DNA of 64,000 bases from Chthoniobacteraceae bacterium (GCA_031409655.1 JANNXQ010000078.1:32001-96000); one strand, 5' to 3'; counted from the first letter of the stretch, positions 36,601 through 47,283 are shown. The notes: generated by a model from the letters alone, not told the origin. Numbers and translations are program-made.

Positions 36601-39600
36601 CTACGGGTTCGTCACCTTCAGCCGCATGAAGAGCTTATTCTTCGTGCCGATGGGCATGTCGAAGGTGTGCTGGCCATCGGTGCCGGTGTCGGGGATCTCC
36701 GTCCAGCTCCCAGGGAGCAGCGTCTCACTCCACTCGGCACCGTAGGTAATGCCGCTCACGCCGATGGGCTGTTGGAAGGTGACCACGAAGCTGTCGGCGA
36801 TGACTTGTCCCGCAGGCAGTTGAACGGAACTTGCCGCTGTGGGGTCCAAGCCGAAGGCAAACTCCAATAGGTTCACCAGCCCATCGTTGTCGAAGTCAAA
36901 GGTATCTGCGCTGTTGCCGCTGCCGGCGGCGGAGCCGAAGTAAGTTTCCCGCCAGGCGCCGACGGCACCCGGCGTGACGGTAAGCAGGCTGCTCAGTCCG
37001 GATTCATTGCCGTTCGTGTCCATCGCCGTCACCCGGTATTGGTAAGTGGTGCCGCTCACTACCGTGTTGTCCACATAGCTGCTGGAGGCGAGTCCGGTTG
37101 AGAAAGGAAGACCAAAGCTTCCGCCAAGGATCCTGCGATAGACGGTGTAGCTGGCGAAGTCGGACGCAGTGCTGTTCGCCCAGTCCAGGCTCACCGATCC
37201 GCTGCCTGCGGTGGCCGTAAACCCGGTCGGAGCTGACGGAGCCGCGAAGTCGGCGTCGCCGCCACCGTCTATCTGACCCAAATAGGCGTAGAGCTGGGTT
37301 TTCTCCGCTGAGTTCAGATTGTAGCCCGTTGCGGAAAGGTTGTGGGCTGAGCCATCTGTTCCGCGGGCCGCGCCCGCGACGAACTGATCGAACACCGCCG
37401 CCAGACTGGTGGCGCTGCCATCGTGCAGATAAGGTGCCGCCGCATGCACGCCCAGCAGCGTAGGCGTATCAATGCCAGACAGCGAGTTCGTGCCGCCGCC
37501 CAGTCTTTGTCCCGAGGAAGACTTGATCGTGCCCACATTGTGCAACGTGATGGCACCCGCGCTGTTATTTCCGATGGTGCTGTCCGTCAACCCGGTCGCG
37601 GGCTTGTGGCAACTGAGACAGTTGAGCGGATTTCCTGCTGCAGGAGTCTTCGTTCCGGCGAAGAGTCTTTTCCCCTGCACCGCATCGTAGGTCAGCGTTC
37701 CATTCGTATTCCTATTCGGACTCTTCTCAACGGTCGCCGCGCCGAGTGAGGCCACAAAGGCGGCGAGTGCGTCCAAATCAGCACTGCGACCGGCGTTGGC
37801 CGCGCCCAAAGAGGCATTGGCCCCACCGTTGGTGGACAGGAATCCGGTGCCGCCAAAGGCGTTCACGATGTCCAGTTCGAAGTCCTGGATTTCGTCGAAG
37901 TTGGCGCTCCAATGCACATTGCCGTGTGCAGCGCCGGCCCGACCGCGCAGGTTGGTCGTGTTGCGCAGACCTTCACCCCGGTTAGTGAAATCCCAGGTGC
38001 GTCCGTCATGGTCCCCATCCTGATGGCAGATGGCACAATTCAGATAACCTTCCCGGCTCATTCGTGGATCGGCAGCATTGTAGAAGACTTGCTTGCCCCG
38101 AAGCACATTGGCCGGGAAGGTCTCGGTGGCCACGGTGCTGATGGTGGCGATCGGGGTTTGTGGGAAGCCGCCCCTTTTCAGGCTCGCATCCAGATCGTAG
38201 ACGGTGACTTTGCGATCCGTCAGGCTGTTGATGAACAACCGGTTGCTCACGGCATCGAAGCATAATCCTTGCGGTGCCAGCCCCGTTGGCAAGGTGGAGA
38301 CCAGCTGACCGGTGAAGGTATCCATTACCCTGACCTGATTGTTGCCCTGGAGGGCAATGAACAGATAATCGCCAAGCGGTGAGAAGACCATGGCCGAGGG
38401 CTGCGATGCGTCGTCAATGTCGAGCCGGCTCACTTCCGTGTTGCTCGTCAGATTGATCTTGGAAACGATCGCGCGCACGGTCGTTTCATGAGTCAGCGGC
38501 TGCCCATCCCTGAAGCCGCCGCGCAGGATGTTGTCCTGCTTGGCGGTGACATAGGCGAATTGGTTGAACGGATCAATCGCCACGTCGGCAAGGTAGTTGG
38601 GCAGGCCGCGGGCCGATGTGCCCTGCTCGAGCGCGTTGGTATTCACACCCAGCGCAATGGTCTGCGCGAGACTCATGCTGCCTCCGGCATTGTTGAACAG
38701 CCGCACCTCACCCTGGGCATTCGGCGAGATAAAGCGGTTCACCAGCAGCTTGTCGGTGGCCGCGTTCACCGCGATGGCCGCTGCCGTACCCCCGGCCGCC
38801 AACTCGACATCCACCCGCAACGGAGTCGCCGACGGATTGATCCGCGCAACCCTGCCACTACCCATAAGCGTGACATACGCGTAGGTCTTGGCAGCGTTGA
38901 AGACCACATCGTGCGGACGCGATCCGTGGCGGAAGTTGATCGAACCCACCAGTGCGCCGGTGGTACTGCGGACCTCCAGGCGGTCGGCATCCAGACAGGT
39001 TATCCACAGGTTGCCGCTCGCGTCCCGGGCCAGGCTGCGCGGATCGTTGCCGACCGCAAATTCGCTGACCTTGGCCAAGGTGTCGGCATTGATCGAAGTT
39101 ACCGTGTTGTTGTCCGGGTTGACGGTCCACATGCGGCGGTTGGTGCCATCCAACACCATCTGGCTGCCGTTTGTGGAAGCCGCACCCGATGGCACCGGGG
39201 TGACCGTCACCACCGTGGACCGGGTCACGGTTTGCGGTGAAGGGCTGCTGTCGCGAACTCGTAACAGCACGGAGTAATGACCCGGGTTGGTGTAGGTATG
39301 ACTGATGGTGGCAGCCGAGGCACTGTAGGCGGTCTGCGTTGAGCCATCGCCAAAGGTCCAACTGTATTGCAGCGGAGCGGTTCCTCCGCTGGCAGTCACG
39401 GACAGGTTGGCCGTGCCATTGACCGGGGCAGGATACGGGGCAGAGGTAAAATTGGTGACCGAGATTGGCGGGCCGCCCCCCGCGCCGGCGGTCGTGAAGT
39501 CGAACGAATACCCCGTGATTCCATTTCCGGAAACGTCCTTGATGCCGCCCGCCACCAACTGGACCCGGTACGTGGTGCCGGGGGCGAGATTGGCATTGGG

Positions 39601-41715
39601 TGTGAACGTGAGAACGTCCTTGTCGTGCCAATTCAATGTGCCCGCCACATCCGAACCGCCGGCCACCGGAAAGACCCGGAAAGTATTGCTGTGGATGGTC
39701 AAGTAATCGAGCGTTTCATGAATGATCACGCCAATGCGCGACTTGACATGCATGTTGACCGCGCCACTTGCCGGGTTGTGATAGGCAACCGTCGGCCCAA
39801 CGGTGTCCGGTGCCGCCTGGTGGGCAAAGATTCGCATGGAAAAGCCGTTTGTGGGACTGTCCTGACCGAATACGTCGATCGCACCGCGGATCCCACCCTG
39901 TTCCATATTTGCAGCGCTGACAAACAGGTTGCCCAGCGGGAGCATATACTCACCGTCATGTGGATGCACACCCAGCAGGATGGGCGCCTGGTTGTTGTCC
40001 AACGGCCTCATGTCGTAGATACCAAAGCCTAGGAACATCTTGTGATCTTGGAACTGGGCATACCGCGTCCGTCCCGGCAACCCCCTGCTGTAGGGCTGCC
40101 CATTCATGCCCCTGCGAAAAAGATAACGCAAGTCCGACGGGTTCGAAAAGTCAATGAAAGCACAGCTATCCGTTGTCGTGAAGGAATTGGGCATCACCAG
40201 ATAGTGTTTCCACATGAAATACTCGTAGGAGGGTTCGGGGTGCTGCCACAATGGATCGTTGGGACCGATGAGATCGAGCAATAGCGGGTTGGACGGGTCG
40301 CTGATGTCGTAGGTGGCAAGCCCTGAATCCTGGCCGCGGATGCTCGCGACGATCAGAAGATTCCCGATGGGAGTCGAGGTGCCTTCAAACCCATGATTAA
40401 TCGTGGAAAGCAATGTCCCAGTTTTTGTATCATAGATTTGAACCGAGGATCCTCCGGAGTATTGATACGGGAAAACGGTCAAGCCTCGGGCGCCGTTGTT
40501 TATGGGAGTGTAGCCACTAGGCGTCTGCCGGATGATGTTCAGCGGATCCCGGACATTGTTGACCTCGTCACCATCCGCAGAGATCCGGTGATGGGGAAGC
40601 AACATCGAGTAGGTATGCATGGGGTTTTGAATGCCCGTGCGTGCGGCGACAATCTCAGTCGGATTGGTGGGATTGGATATATTCCAAACCTGAATCGACG
40701 AGCCACTGCCGTCCGTTGCAACACCGCGGGAATCCAAGACCAGGTAGCCGTTAATGAAGTCTAGCCCGATGGTTCGTGGATTGTTTCCCACCGCCGCATT
40801 GGGGTGGATTTGACTCAGCATGGCCCCGCTGGTTTGGGTCACTTTCGGGAAACCCGGACCGGGCGGAACCGGCGGGTCAACCGGCGGCCCCCCGATCCAT
40901 TGCACAGCCATCGCATCCCGCTGAATTTGAAAATCCGCCAAACTCAGCGCGCGGTCATAAATCTTCACCTCGCTGACCATCCCGTTGATATACCGGTTGG
41001 CACTCGTGGTGGAACCCAACGTGACGGCGCTGGTGGTGGAAAAATCCGCCGCTGCCTTGGTCCCCGTCTGGGGGTTCCCGCTCTTGGAATCCCAAAAGGT
41101 CCATACGCCCGTGCCGGCGTTATAGTTGAGCGCCATGACGATCGTATCATTGACCGCCAACGTGCCACCCACCCCGATCAAGCCGTTCAAATAGACCTGA
41201 TAGTTTCCACCGCCGTAACGCATGCCGAAGCCGCTGTTCACCCCCGTTGAGTTGCCGATGAGATCATTCAAGTCAGGGTTAATCCCGTCACACTTGAAGG
41301 CCACGAGGACACAAAAACCGTTGGTGCTGCCGGCCTGGTTCAACCAACTGTCAGACTCCGCTGCGGTGAACAGTTCCAGACTGTTTCGTGTGGCTCCGAA
41401 GTTGAGACCCGTTTTGCCAGATGCCGACAGACTGGTGCTGGGATAAAGAACACTGCCCACCGCTGGTAGGGCGTGATTCGCCGCTCCGGATTGATCCGCC
41501 CATTGAGACACCACCCCGGATCCGTTCTTAGTCACGCTGGCCACCACCGTCGCGTCCAGGTGCTGGATCAGCGCCGCTTGCCCAGGCCGGGCGCACCACA
41601 ACAGAAGCGCGGGCATGATCAGCAAGGCCAGCCACCGGCGGATTCCGGCATTGAGGAGAACACCGGGGAGGGAGGAAACACTGAATATCGTGCGGAGGGG
41701 ATGGTTATGATTCAT
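36601..41715 (-). CDS. Giant secreted multidomain protein (about 1700 aa): LamG-like, propeller, Ig/PKD, YncE-like beta-propeller, di-heme cytochrome c peroxidase-like, FN3, C-terminal DxDxDG domain
   Basis: PKD motif YSWTFGDG...HTYTNPG; two CxxCH (CAICH, CLSCH); 'HWSANFDEIQDFE', 'DTPTLLG...APYLHDGSA'; C-terminal 'DFDNDGLVNLLEFAFGLDP...FMRLKV'. Confidence 0.8.
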   Translation of the reverse strand: MNHNHPLRTIFSVSSLPGVLLNAGIRRWLALLIMPALLLWCARPGQAALIQHLDATVVASVTKNGSGVVSQWADQSGAANHALPAVGSVLYPSTSLSASGKTGLNFGATRNSLELFTAAESDSWLNQAGSTNGFCVLVAFKCDGINPDLNDLIGNSTGVNSGFGMRYGGGNYQVYLNGLIGVGGTLAVNDTIVMALNYNAGTGVWTFWDSKSGNPQTGTKAAADFSTTSAVTLGSTTSANRYINGMVSEVKIYDRALSLADFQIQRDAMAVQWIGGPPVDPPVPPGPGFPKVTQTSGAMLSQIHPNAAVGNNPRTIGLDFINGYLVLDSRGVATDGSGSSIQVWNISNPTNPTEIVAARTGIQNPMHTYSMLLPHHRISADGDEVNNVRDPLNIIRQTPSGYTPINNGARGLTVFPYQYSGGSSVQIYDTKTGTLLSTINHGFEGTSTPIGNLLIVASIRGQDSGLATYDISDPSNPLLLDLIGPNDPLWQHPEPSYEYFMWKHYLVMPNSFTTTDSCAFIDFSNPSDLRYLFRRGMNGQPYSRGLPGRTRYAQFQDHKMFLGFGIYDMRPLDNNQAPILLGVHPHDGEYMLPLGNLFVSAANMEQGGIRGAIDVFGQDSPTNGFSMRIFAHQAAPDTVGPTVAYHNPASGAVNMHVKSRIGVIIHETLDYLTIHSNTFRVFPVAGGSDVAGTLNWHDKDVLTFTPNANLAPGTTYRVQLVAGGIKDVSGNGITGYSFDFTTAGAGGGPPISVTNFTSAPYPAPVNGTANLSVTASGGTAPLQYSWTFGDGSTQTAYSASAATISHTYTNPGHYSVLLRVRDSSPSPQTVTRSTVVTVTPVPSGAASTNGSQMVLDGTNRRMWTVNPDNNTVTSINADTLAKVSEFAVGNDPRSLARDASGNLWITCLDADRLEVRSTTGALVGSINFRHGSRPHDVVFNAAKTYAYVTLMGSGRVARINPSATPLRVDVELAAGGTAAAIAVNAATDKLLVNRFISPNAQGEVRLFNNAGGSMSLAQTIALGVNTNALEQGTSARGLPNYLADVAIDPFNQFAYVTAKQDNILRGGFRDGQPLTHETTVRAIVSKINLTSNTEVSRLDIDDASQPSAMVFSPLGDYLFIALQGNNQVRVMDTFTGQLVSTLPTGLAPQGLCFDAVSNRLFINSLTDRKVTVYDLDASLKRGGFPQTPIATISTVATETFPANVLRGKQVFYNAADPRMSREGYLNCAICHQDGDHDGRTWDFTNRGEGLRNTTNLRGRAGAAHGNVHWSANFDEIQDFELDIVNAFGGTGFLSTNGGANASLGAANAGRSADLDALAAFVASLGAATVEKSPNRNTNGTLTYDAVQGKRLFAGTKTPAAGNPLNCLSCHKPATGLTDSTIGNNSAGAITLHNVGTIKSSSGQRLGGGTNSLSGIDTPTLLGVHAAAPYLHDGSATSLAAVFDQFVAGAARGTDGSAHNLSATGYNLNSAEKTQLYAYLGQIDGGGDADFAAPSAPTGFTATAGSGSVSLDWANSTASDFASYTVYRRILGGSFGLPFSTGLASSSYVDNTVVSGTTYQYRVTAMDTNGNESGLSSLLTVTPGAVGAWRETYFGSAAGSGNSADTFDFDNDGLVNLLEFAFGLDPTAASSVQLPAGQVIADSFVVTFQQPIGVSGITYGAEWSETLLPGSWTEIPDTGTDGQHTFDMPIGTKNKLFMRLKVTNP

Positions 41716-41868
41716 GGGGGGATTTTGGCTGGTTACTGGGTTACATTCGCAACGCTCATTGAAACGTGAGCGTGCGGATCGGGGAAATTGAGGCCGAGGC
41801 ACCGCCCCAAAGGTCAGGAGCGGAAATTTTCTGAGCTCGCGCCGATTCAGGCATGGATCGGCAGTCGT

Positions 41869-43431
41869 TCATAGTGTTCCGGGCGACAGCGCGGCAGCGG
41901 TCTCGTAGAGCTTGCGAATTTGTGCGGGAGTAAGCGCGCGATGGAAGATGGCCAGCTCATCAATGCGGCCATCCCAGAACCCAGCCGTGTTGGTTTCCGG
42001 TTGCCGTTCGGTTGCGTCGAGTTTTACACCGATGCCGAGCGCCGACGGACCCACCGTGCTCAAGCCATCACAGGGCGCGGCAGCGACCTCCACGCCGTTC
42101 CGATACAAACGCAGGGTGGCCCCATCAAGCGTGAACGCGACGAATTGCCACTCCGCCAGCGGCAAAGGTTGCTGCTCGCGCACGCCGACTTCATTGCCGC
42201 TGCGGTCATGAACATGCACCTCCAGGCTGCCTTCATAGTCCCACAGGCCGAAATGAAACTGGCCGCCGAGATTGTTCCCGCCGCTCTTTGCCCAGTTTTT
42301 CGCAATGCTCGCCCAGTGTGGCCGGCTCTCGGCAAGCACCCACGCGCAAACGGAGAGCGAGGCCTCGGTCGCCTTCGAAAAATCCGCCAGCGCATAAGTG
42401 CCAGCATCGACGCCATTGAGATGCAGGGCGGAGCCGACTTTCCCTGCCGCCCACGGATGGCCCACGCGGCCCCGGATGACTTGGCCGTCGTGATGACCGG
42501 AGGCCACGTCTTTGAGCGTCGTGCCGTCGGGCATCATCCGCATGCGGTAGTAGGCGACCGGCTGGAAGGCGCGGATCTGGCGGGCGTATCGGTTCGCCGT
42601 CTCCTGCAAGGTGCGGACGAAATCCTCGGGCGCAACGTCAATGCCTGCGGACGTGTGGGTCGCGGTATCGATCCGCGCCGCCTGACGCTCGATTAGCCGC
42701 TGAGGTTCGGCGGTGCTCCCGGTTTTCAGGAGCACCTCGCCTTTGAAGACATGCACCTCGCTGCTCCCGGCACCGGCATTGACGCCAAACTCGGTGCCGA
42801 GGTCGACCACGTTGGCCGACGGTGTTTCCACCGTGAATCCAACTGCCGCCTCCGGAACGCGCGCGCTGAGCTTGCCCGTGTGCAGGCCGATCGCCGAGGT
42901 GCCCCGCAATTCAAACTGCGCCGGTGATTCGATGATCACCACGGCACCGCTGGCATAGGTAAATTCGACCAGCCCGGCGCGCAGTTCATAGCCACCCGTG
43001 CGCAGCGTCGCTCCTGCCTGAACGGTCATATCCCTCCCGCCGGCCGACAGCTCAGCGCCGCTGCTCCCAGACACGGACGCGACCACATCACCCATCGGCA
43101 TCGTGCGCGGCAGGAACGCCCACGTTAGTACCGCCAGCAAGACCACGGTCGCGGCCAGCGCGAGCCACGGAGTTGCGCGGCTCCCCATCGGACGAACGAT
43201 CTGCGGACTCGCAGACGGCACGTCGGAGGCCGGTGCCCAGGCCTGCTCCAGCGCTGGATCGCGCTCGGCGCGCTGGCGCAGTTCCGCATCGAGGTGGAGG
43301 TAGCTGCGGAAATGGGCGCGCGCTTCGGCGGAAGAACGGAGTTGCTGCTCCAGCGCCGCAAAGTCCTCGGCGCTGATCACGCCATTGCAGTAGTCGGCCT
43401 GCCACTGCGCGAGTTGGGCATCGTCCTTCAC
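41869..43431 (-). CDS. FecR-family anti-sigma factor with a C-terminal LamG domain
   Basis: N-terminal anti-sigma helices, TM helix, 'GFTVETPSANVVDLGTEFGV', LamG 'WDGRIDELAIFHRAL'; GTGA overlap with the sigma gene. Confidence 0.88.
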   Translation of the reverse strand: MKDDAQLAQWQADYCNGVISAEDFAALEQQLRSSAEARAHFRSYLHLDAELRQRAERDPALEQAWAPASDVPSASPQIVRPMGSRATPWLALAATVVLLAVLTWAFLPRTMPMGDVVASVSGSSGAELSAGGRDMTVQAGATLRTGGYELRAGLVEFTYASGAVVIIESPAQFELRGTSAIGLHTGKLSARVPEAAVGFTVETPSANVVDLGTEFGVNAGAGSSEVHVFKGEVLLKTGSTAEPQRLIERQAARIDTATHTSAGIDVAPEDFVRTLQETANRYARQIRAFQPVAYYRMRMMPDGTTLKDVASGHHDGQVIRGRVGHPWAAGKVGSALHLNGVDAGTYALADFSKATEASLSVCAWVLAESRPHWASIAKNWAKSGGNNLGGQFHFGLWDYEGSLEVHVHDRSGNEVGVREQQPLPLAEWQFVAFTLDGATLRLYRNGVEVAAAPCDGLSTVGPSALGIGVKLDATERQPETNTAGFWDGRIDELAIFHRALTPAQIRKLYETAAALSPGTL

Positions 43432-43961
43432 GCGCACTCCTCCCGACGCAAAGTGTCTTCGACGCACGCGAGCAGTTCAGCGCGCAGACGATTGAGCAGC
43501 GTGTAAAGCGCTCCCGGTTGTTTGCCCAAGCGCTCCGCGAGATCCTTCGTCTTCACGCCCGCCGTGCAACTTTGCAGCAGCAACTCGCGGCGGGCGGGCG
43601 GCAGCTTTTCAAGGCAACCTTCCAACGCCCGCGATTGTGCCACGCGCACGTCGAGCTCCGCCACGCCTTCCTCCGCAAGCTGCTGGATCAATTCCTCACC
43701 AAAAACCAACCGCTCCCGCGCCATGCTGCGGCGGTAATGCAGCGCCTCAAAGCGCGCGATGACACAGGCCCACGGGAGAAATTCCGTGGCGGGATCGAAC
43801 TGCGCGAACTTCCGCCAGATCACCAGTCCGACCTGCTGCATCACCTCATCCACATCCGACCAGCCCGGCAGCATCGACCGCACGAAACTTCGCAGCCGCG
43901 CCTCGTGGCGCGTGAAAAGCGTCACGAACGAAGTGTAGGCGGTATTGTCACTGGGTGGCAT
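43428..43961 (-). CDS. ECF RNA polymerase sigma-70 factor (Rhodopirellula/Verrucomicrobium type)
   Basis: 'DEVMQQVGLVIWRKF..FD....FLPWACVIAR', 'ALEGCLEKL', 'LNRLRAELLAC'. Confidence 0.9.
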   Translation of the reverse strand: MPPSDNTAYTSFVTLFTRHEARLRSFVRSMLPGWSDVDEVMQQVGLVIWRKFAQFDPATEFLPWACVIARFEALHYRRSMARERLVFGEELIQQLAEEGVAELDVRVAQSRALEGCLEKLPPARRELLLQSCTAGVKTKDLAERLGKQPGALYTLLNRLRAELLACVEDTLRREECA

Positions 43962-44057
43962 TCACTCTCTATACTCCCGCTGCCCGCAAAACCTTACACG
44001 CTTGCAGCGCACACGCTGGAGCTTCGCCACATTCGGTGTCGCTTTCTTCTTCTTTGG

Positions 44058-44312
44058 TCACATCGGCACCATGCCGAGACCTGGCTGGAGAAAATGGGCG
44101 CCTACGAGACCTGCGACCTCATCGACCGTGGCCTCCAGCGTTGCAGCCCGAAAGGCTTCGCGAGCGGTATGAAAGGGACTCACGCACGACGTGATGTTCG
44201 TCATACCGCTACTCTGGAGCGCGCGGAAAGGCGCCTTCGCCCGCTCCTCATCGGCGACGAGCGGCGCACTGGCCGCCGCAGCGATGCCTTGGAGGAAACG
44301 GTGCCGGTTCAT
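44058..44312 (-). pseudogene. Probable truncated remnant of a Tat-exported protein gene
   Basis: Degenerate Tat signal 'MNRHRFLQGIAAA'; enzyme-like segment 'TNITSCVSPFH...LEATVDEVAG..AHFLQPGLGMVPM' ends after 84 codons. Confidence 0.45.
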
Positions 44313-44326
44313 CACGTTTCGATGGC

Positions 44327-45790
44327 TCAAGGCAATGCAGCTTTCCATCCCGCCTTCAACTGCTCGGCCAGCTCTTGCACCGTCTCCGCGTGCGCGGCCT
44401 CTCCAGCGAGGTTCAGGTTTTCCTGCGGGTCGTTGGTTTCATCATACAGCTCGGTGCCCGCGAGTTGTTGCTTCGGATCCCGCCACTCGGTGTAGCGCCA
44501 GCGATCCGTGCGGATGCTGCGGCCCAGGTAGGGCGGTTTGCCAGGACGCAGGTATTGGCTGAAGGCAGCCTTCTTCCACGGCTGATTCGGATTCGCGAGC
44601 AAGGGTGCAAAGCTCGTGCCTTCCAAATGGGTGGGCGGCTGCAGGCCAGCGAGTTCGACAAGAGTCGGATAGATGTCCACAAACTCCACGAGCGCGCGCG
44701 TGCTTTGCCCGGCAGTCTTCATCCCGGGTGCGCTGACAAGGAGCGGCGCGTGCGTGCCGAGTTCAAAGTTCGTCATCTTCGTAAAGATGCCGTTCTCACC
44801 GAGGTGATAGCCGTGGTCGCCCAAGAGCACGACGACGGTGCTCTCACGCAGACCGAGCCGGTCGAGTTCAGCGAGCACGCGACCCACTTGCACATCCATG
44901 AAGCTGATGCACGCGCGATAGCCACGGATGAGATCCAGCGCTGTCTCGTCGGGGATGCCACCTTTCGCCGGAATGCCGCCGTAAGTGCGCAGTTCATACC
45001 AATCGTGCAAAGCGGGCGCGGGCACATTCTTCGGTGGGTAGTAGTTATCCGGGAGCTTGATGGTATCTGCCGGATAGAGATCCCAATACTTCTGCGGACA
45101 AGTGAATGGCAGGTGTGGCTTCACAAAGCCTACGGCGAGGAAGAAGGGCTTCTCGGCGTTCTTGAGTCGTTGCAGTGTCTCGATGGCCTTCAGTGCGGTC
45201 TGGCCATCTGGATAGACGTCATCCGGTTCATTCGCCGCTTCAAAGGGTGGGCCGCGGACGATTTTTGGCCGCTCCTTTTCCGGCAGCGCCTTCAAGCGTT
45301 TGATCAACCCATCCGACTCCTCCGTGAACCAACTCCGATACCGCTCGCCGTGATACCACGCCGGCTCGCTCCACGATAGCGGGTCGTCGCCCGGCTCCTT
45401 CTCGCTGTGATGAAACACCTTGCCGAGCGAGACACTGTGCCAGCCGTTGTTCTTGAAGTGCTGGGGCAGCGTGACCACCTCCGGCATCATCGGGCGGAGG
45501 AAGGTGTTATTCGCCGCGACCCGCGTCGTGTCTGGCCGGCAGCCGCTGAGCAAGCTGGCGCGTGAAGGATTGCAGACCGCCTGCTGACAGTTAGCCCGCT
45601 CAAAAAGCATCCCGCGCTCAGCGAGCTGGTCGATGTGCGGCGTCTTCATGTGCGCCGCGCTGTAGCAACCCAGCTCAGGGCGCAGGTCATCGGCCACGAT
45701 GAAAAGGACATTCAGTGGCTTCGCCGCGAACGACGATTGCCGAAGCACGAATAACAAAAGGGCGAGCAGGAGCCGGTGCAGGGGAGTCAT
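44327..45790 (-). CDS. Sulfatase (iduronate-2-sulfatase-like)
   Basis: NVLFIVADDLRP, CNPSRASLLSG, GKVFH, KPHLPF, GDHGYHLGE. Confidence 0.93.
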   Translation of the reverse strand: MTPLHRLLLALLLFVLRQSSFAAKPLNVLFIVADDLRPELGCYSAAHMKTPHIDQLAERGMLFERANCQQAVCNPSRASLLSGCRPDTTRVAANNTFLRPMMPEVVTLPQHFKNNGWHSVSLGKVFHHSEKEPGDDPLSWSEPAWYHGERYRSWFTEESDGLIKRLKALPEKERPKIVRGPPFEAANEPDDVYPDGQTALKAIETLQRLKNAEKPFFLAVGFVKPHLPFTCPQKYWDLYPADTIKLPDNYYPPKNVPAPALHDWYELRTYGGIPAKGGIPDETALDLIRGYRACISFMDVQVGRVLAELDRLGLRESTVVVLLGDHGYHLGENGIFTKMTNFELGTHAPLLVSAPGMKTAGQSTRALVEFVDIYPTLVELAGLQPPTHLEGTSFAPLLANPNQPWKKAAFSQYLRPGKPPYLGRSIRTDRWRYTEWRDPKQQLAGTELYDETNDPQENLNLAGEAAHAETVQELAEQLKAGWKAALP

Positions 45791-47283
45791 TGGTTATTCT
45801 TTTTGGCCTCGGCCTCACGCAGACGCTGGACTTTCGGTTTTTGGCCGGCGGCGAGATTCACCTGAGTGGAACGCAAGTGCGTGAGCAGCTTTCCACGCAT
45901 CTCGCTGAGCGTCTCCCGATGCTCGGGCTTCCCAGCGAGGTCGTTCATTTCCAGCGGATCGTTATCGAGGTCGAACAGGAATTCGCGCCTCTCGTCGGCC
46001 CAGTATTTGAAGCGATCATCGCGGGCCATGACGCGCAGCGGTGCCTCGTCGCCGATTTCGCTGATGGCGATGGGCCGGATGCGGTCCTTTGCACCGGTGG
46101 CGATGGGAAGCAGCGATTTTGCAAAGCGCCCCGCCGTAAGTTCGCCGTCCACGGCTTCGACGATGGTGGGATACACATCCATCATCTGCACGGGCGCCTT
46201 GCTGCGACCGGCTTTGACATGCCCGGGCCAGCGGACGAAGAGCGGCACGCGCACGGATTCCTCATAGAAGCGGCCTTTGCTCAGGTAGCTGTGCGCGCCC
46301 ATCATTTCGCCGTGGTCGGAGGTAAAAATGACCAGCGTGTTGTCCCACGTGCCACGCACTTTCATCGCCTCCGCCAGCCGACCGACGCAGTCATCCACCA
46401 GGGCCATCTTGCCCAGATAACTGGCCAGTATGCGCCGCGTCCCGGCGCGATCGAGCGGCTGGTCCTCACGGGAGTATTTCTCCGGGACATTCGCAGGCAG
46501 CGTGAGTTTCCCGGGATCGAACATCGTCGCATAATCGCCCGGGGCATCCAGCGGCGGATGCGGCGAGTGCAGACTTACGACGAGGCACAGCGGCTTGTCC
46601 TTCCGCTGGGCGCGGATGAAATCAACCGCGAGGCCGGTGGTGAAAACATCGTGATACGCCTCCGGTTTCACCACGCTCGCGCGCGGCTCATACTGGTCCC
46701 GCAAATAGCGTCCGCGCAGATCATCGGCCACGGCTTGCAGCAGGCCGAGCTTTTGCAGGTGCTGCGAGTAGGCATCGCGGCCTTTCGTGGAATCCGGCGG
46801 TCCGGCAATGTCCTCCACATGATCGAGACCGAGCGCCTTGAAATACGCGCCACTGTTCTTGAAGTGCTCATGCCGCCCCGGCCCGCTGGTCCAGTGAGTC
46901 TTGCCGATCTGCGCCGTGGTCAGCCCGGCCCGCTGGATGTCGCGAAACATCGGCGCATTCTCCGGCGCGGGAAAATAGGCGGCCCCATTGCCCCAGAGAG
47001 CGTGCCCACCATTGTGCGGATACAAGCCCGTGAGCAATGACACCCGCGCTGGCATGCACACCGGCGAGGTGGTGTAGCACGCGTCGAAAATCATCCCTTC
47101 ATGGGCGAGGCGGTCGAGATGCGGCGTGCGCACCTCCTTGTTATCCCAGCTTACGTAGCGAGGGCTCCACTGGTCGGCGATGATGACGAGCACGTCCGGC
47201 TGCTTCGCAGGCGCATCGGCGGCGCGCAGCGTGGACAGCGGACTCAGGATCAGGGCGGAGAGGAGAAGGAGCGTGCGCAGCAT
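45787..47283 (-). CDS. Sulfatase (choline-sulfatase-like)
   Basis: IIADQW, CMPARVSLLTG, GKTH, PHPP, SDHGEMMG. Confidence 0.92.
   Translation of the reverse strand: MLRTLLLLSALILSPLSTLRAADAPAKQPDVLVIIADQWSPRYVSWDNKEVRTPHLDRLAHEGMIFDACYTTSPVCMPARVSLLTGLYPHNGGHALWGNGAAYFPAPENAPMFRDIQRAGLTTAQIGKTHWTSGPGRHEHFKNSGAYFKALGLDHVEDIAGPPDSTKGRDAYSQHLQKLGLLQAVADDLRGRYLRDQYEPRASVVKPEAYHDVFTTGLAVDFIRAQRKDKPLCLVVSLHSPHPPLDAPGDYATMFDPGKLTLPANVPEKYSREDQPLDRAGTRRILASYLGKMALVDDCVGRLAEAMKVRGTWDNTLVIFTSDHGEMMGAHSYLSKGRFYEESVRVPLFVRWPGHVKAGRSKAPVQMMDVYPTIVEAVDGELTAGRFAKSLLPIATGAKDRIRPIAISEIGDEAPLRVMARDDRFKYWADERREFLFDLDNDPLEMNDLAGKPEHRETLSEMRGKLLTHLRSTQVNLAAGQKPKVQRLREAEAKKNNQ

Noticed and set aside
39000..39008. 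DnaA box TTATCCACA / oriC
   Set aside because: Single copy inside a long CDS, with no box cluster or AT-rich unwinding element.
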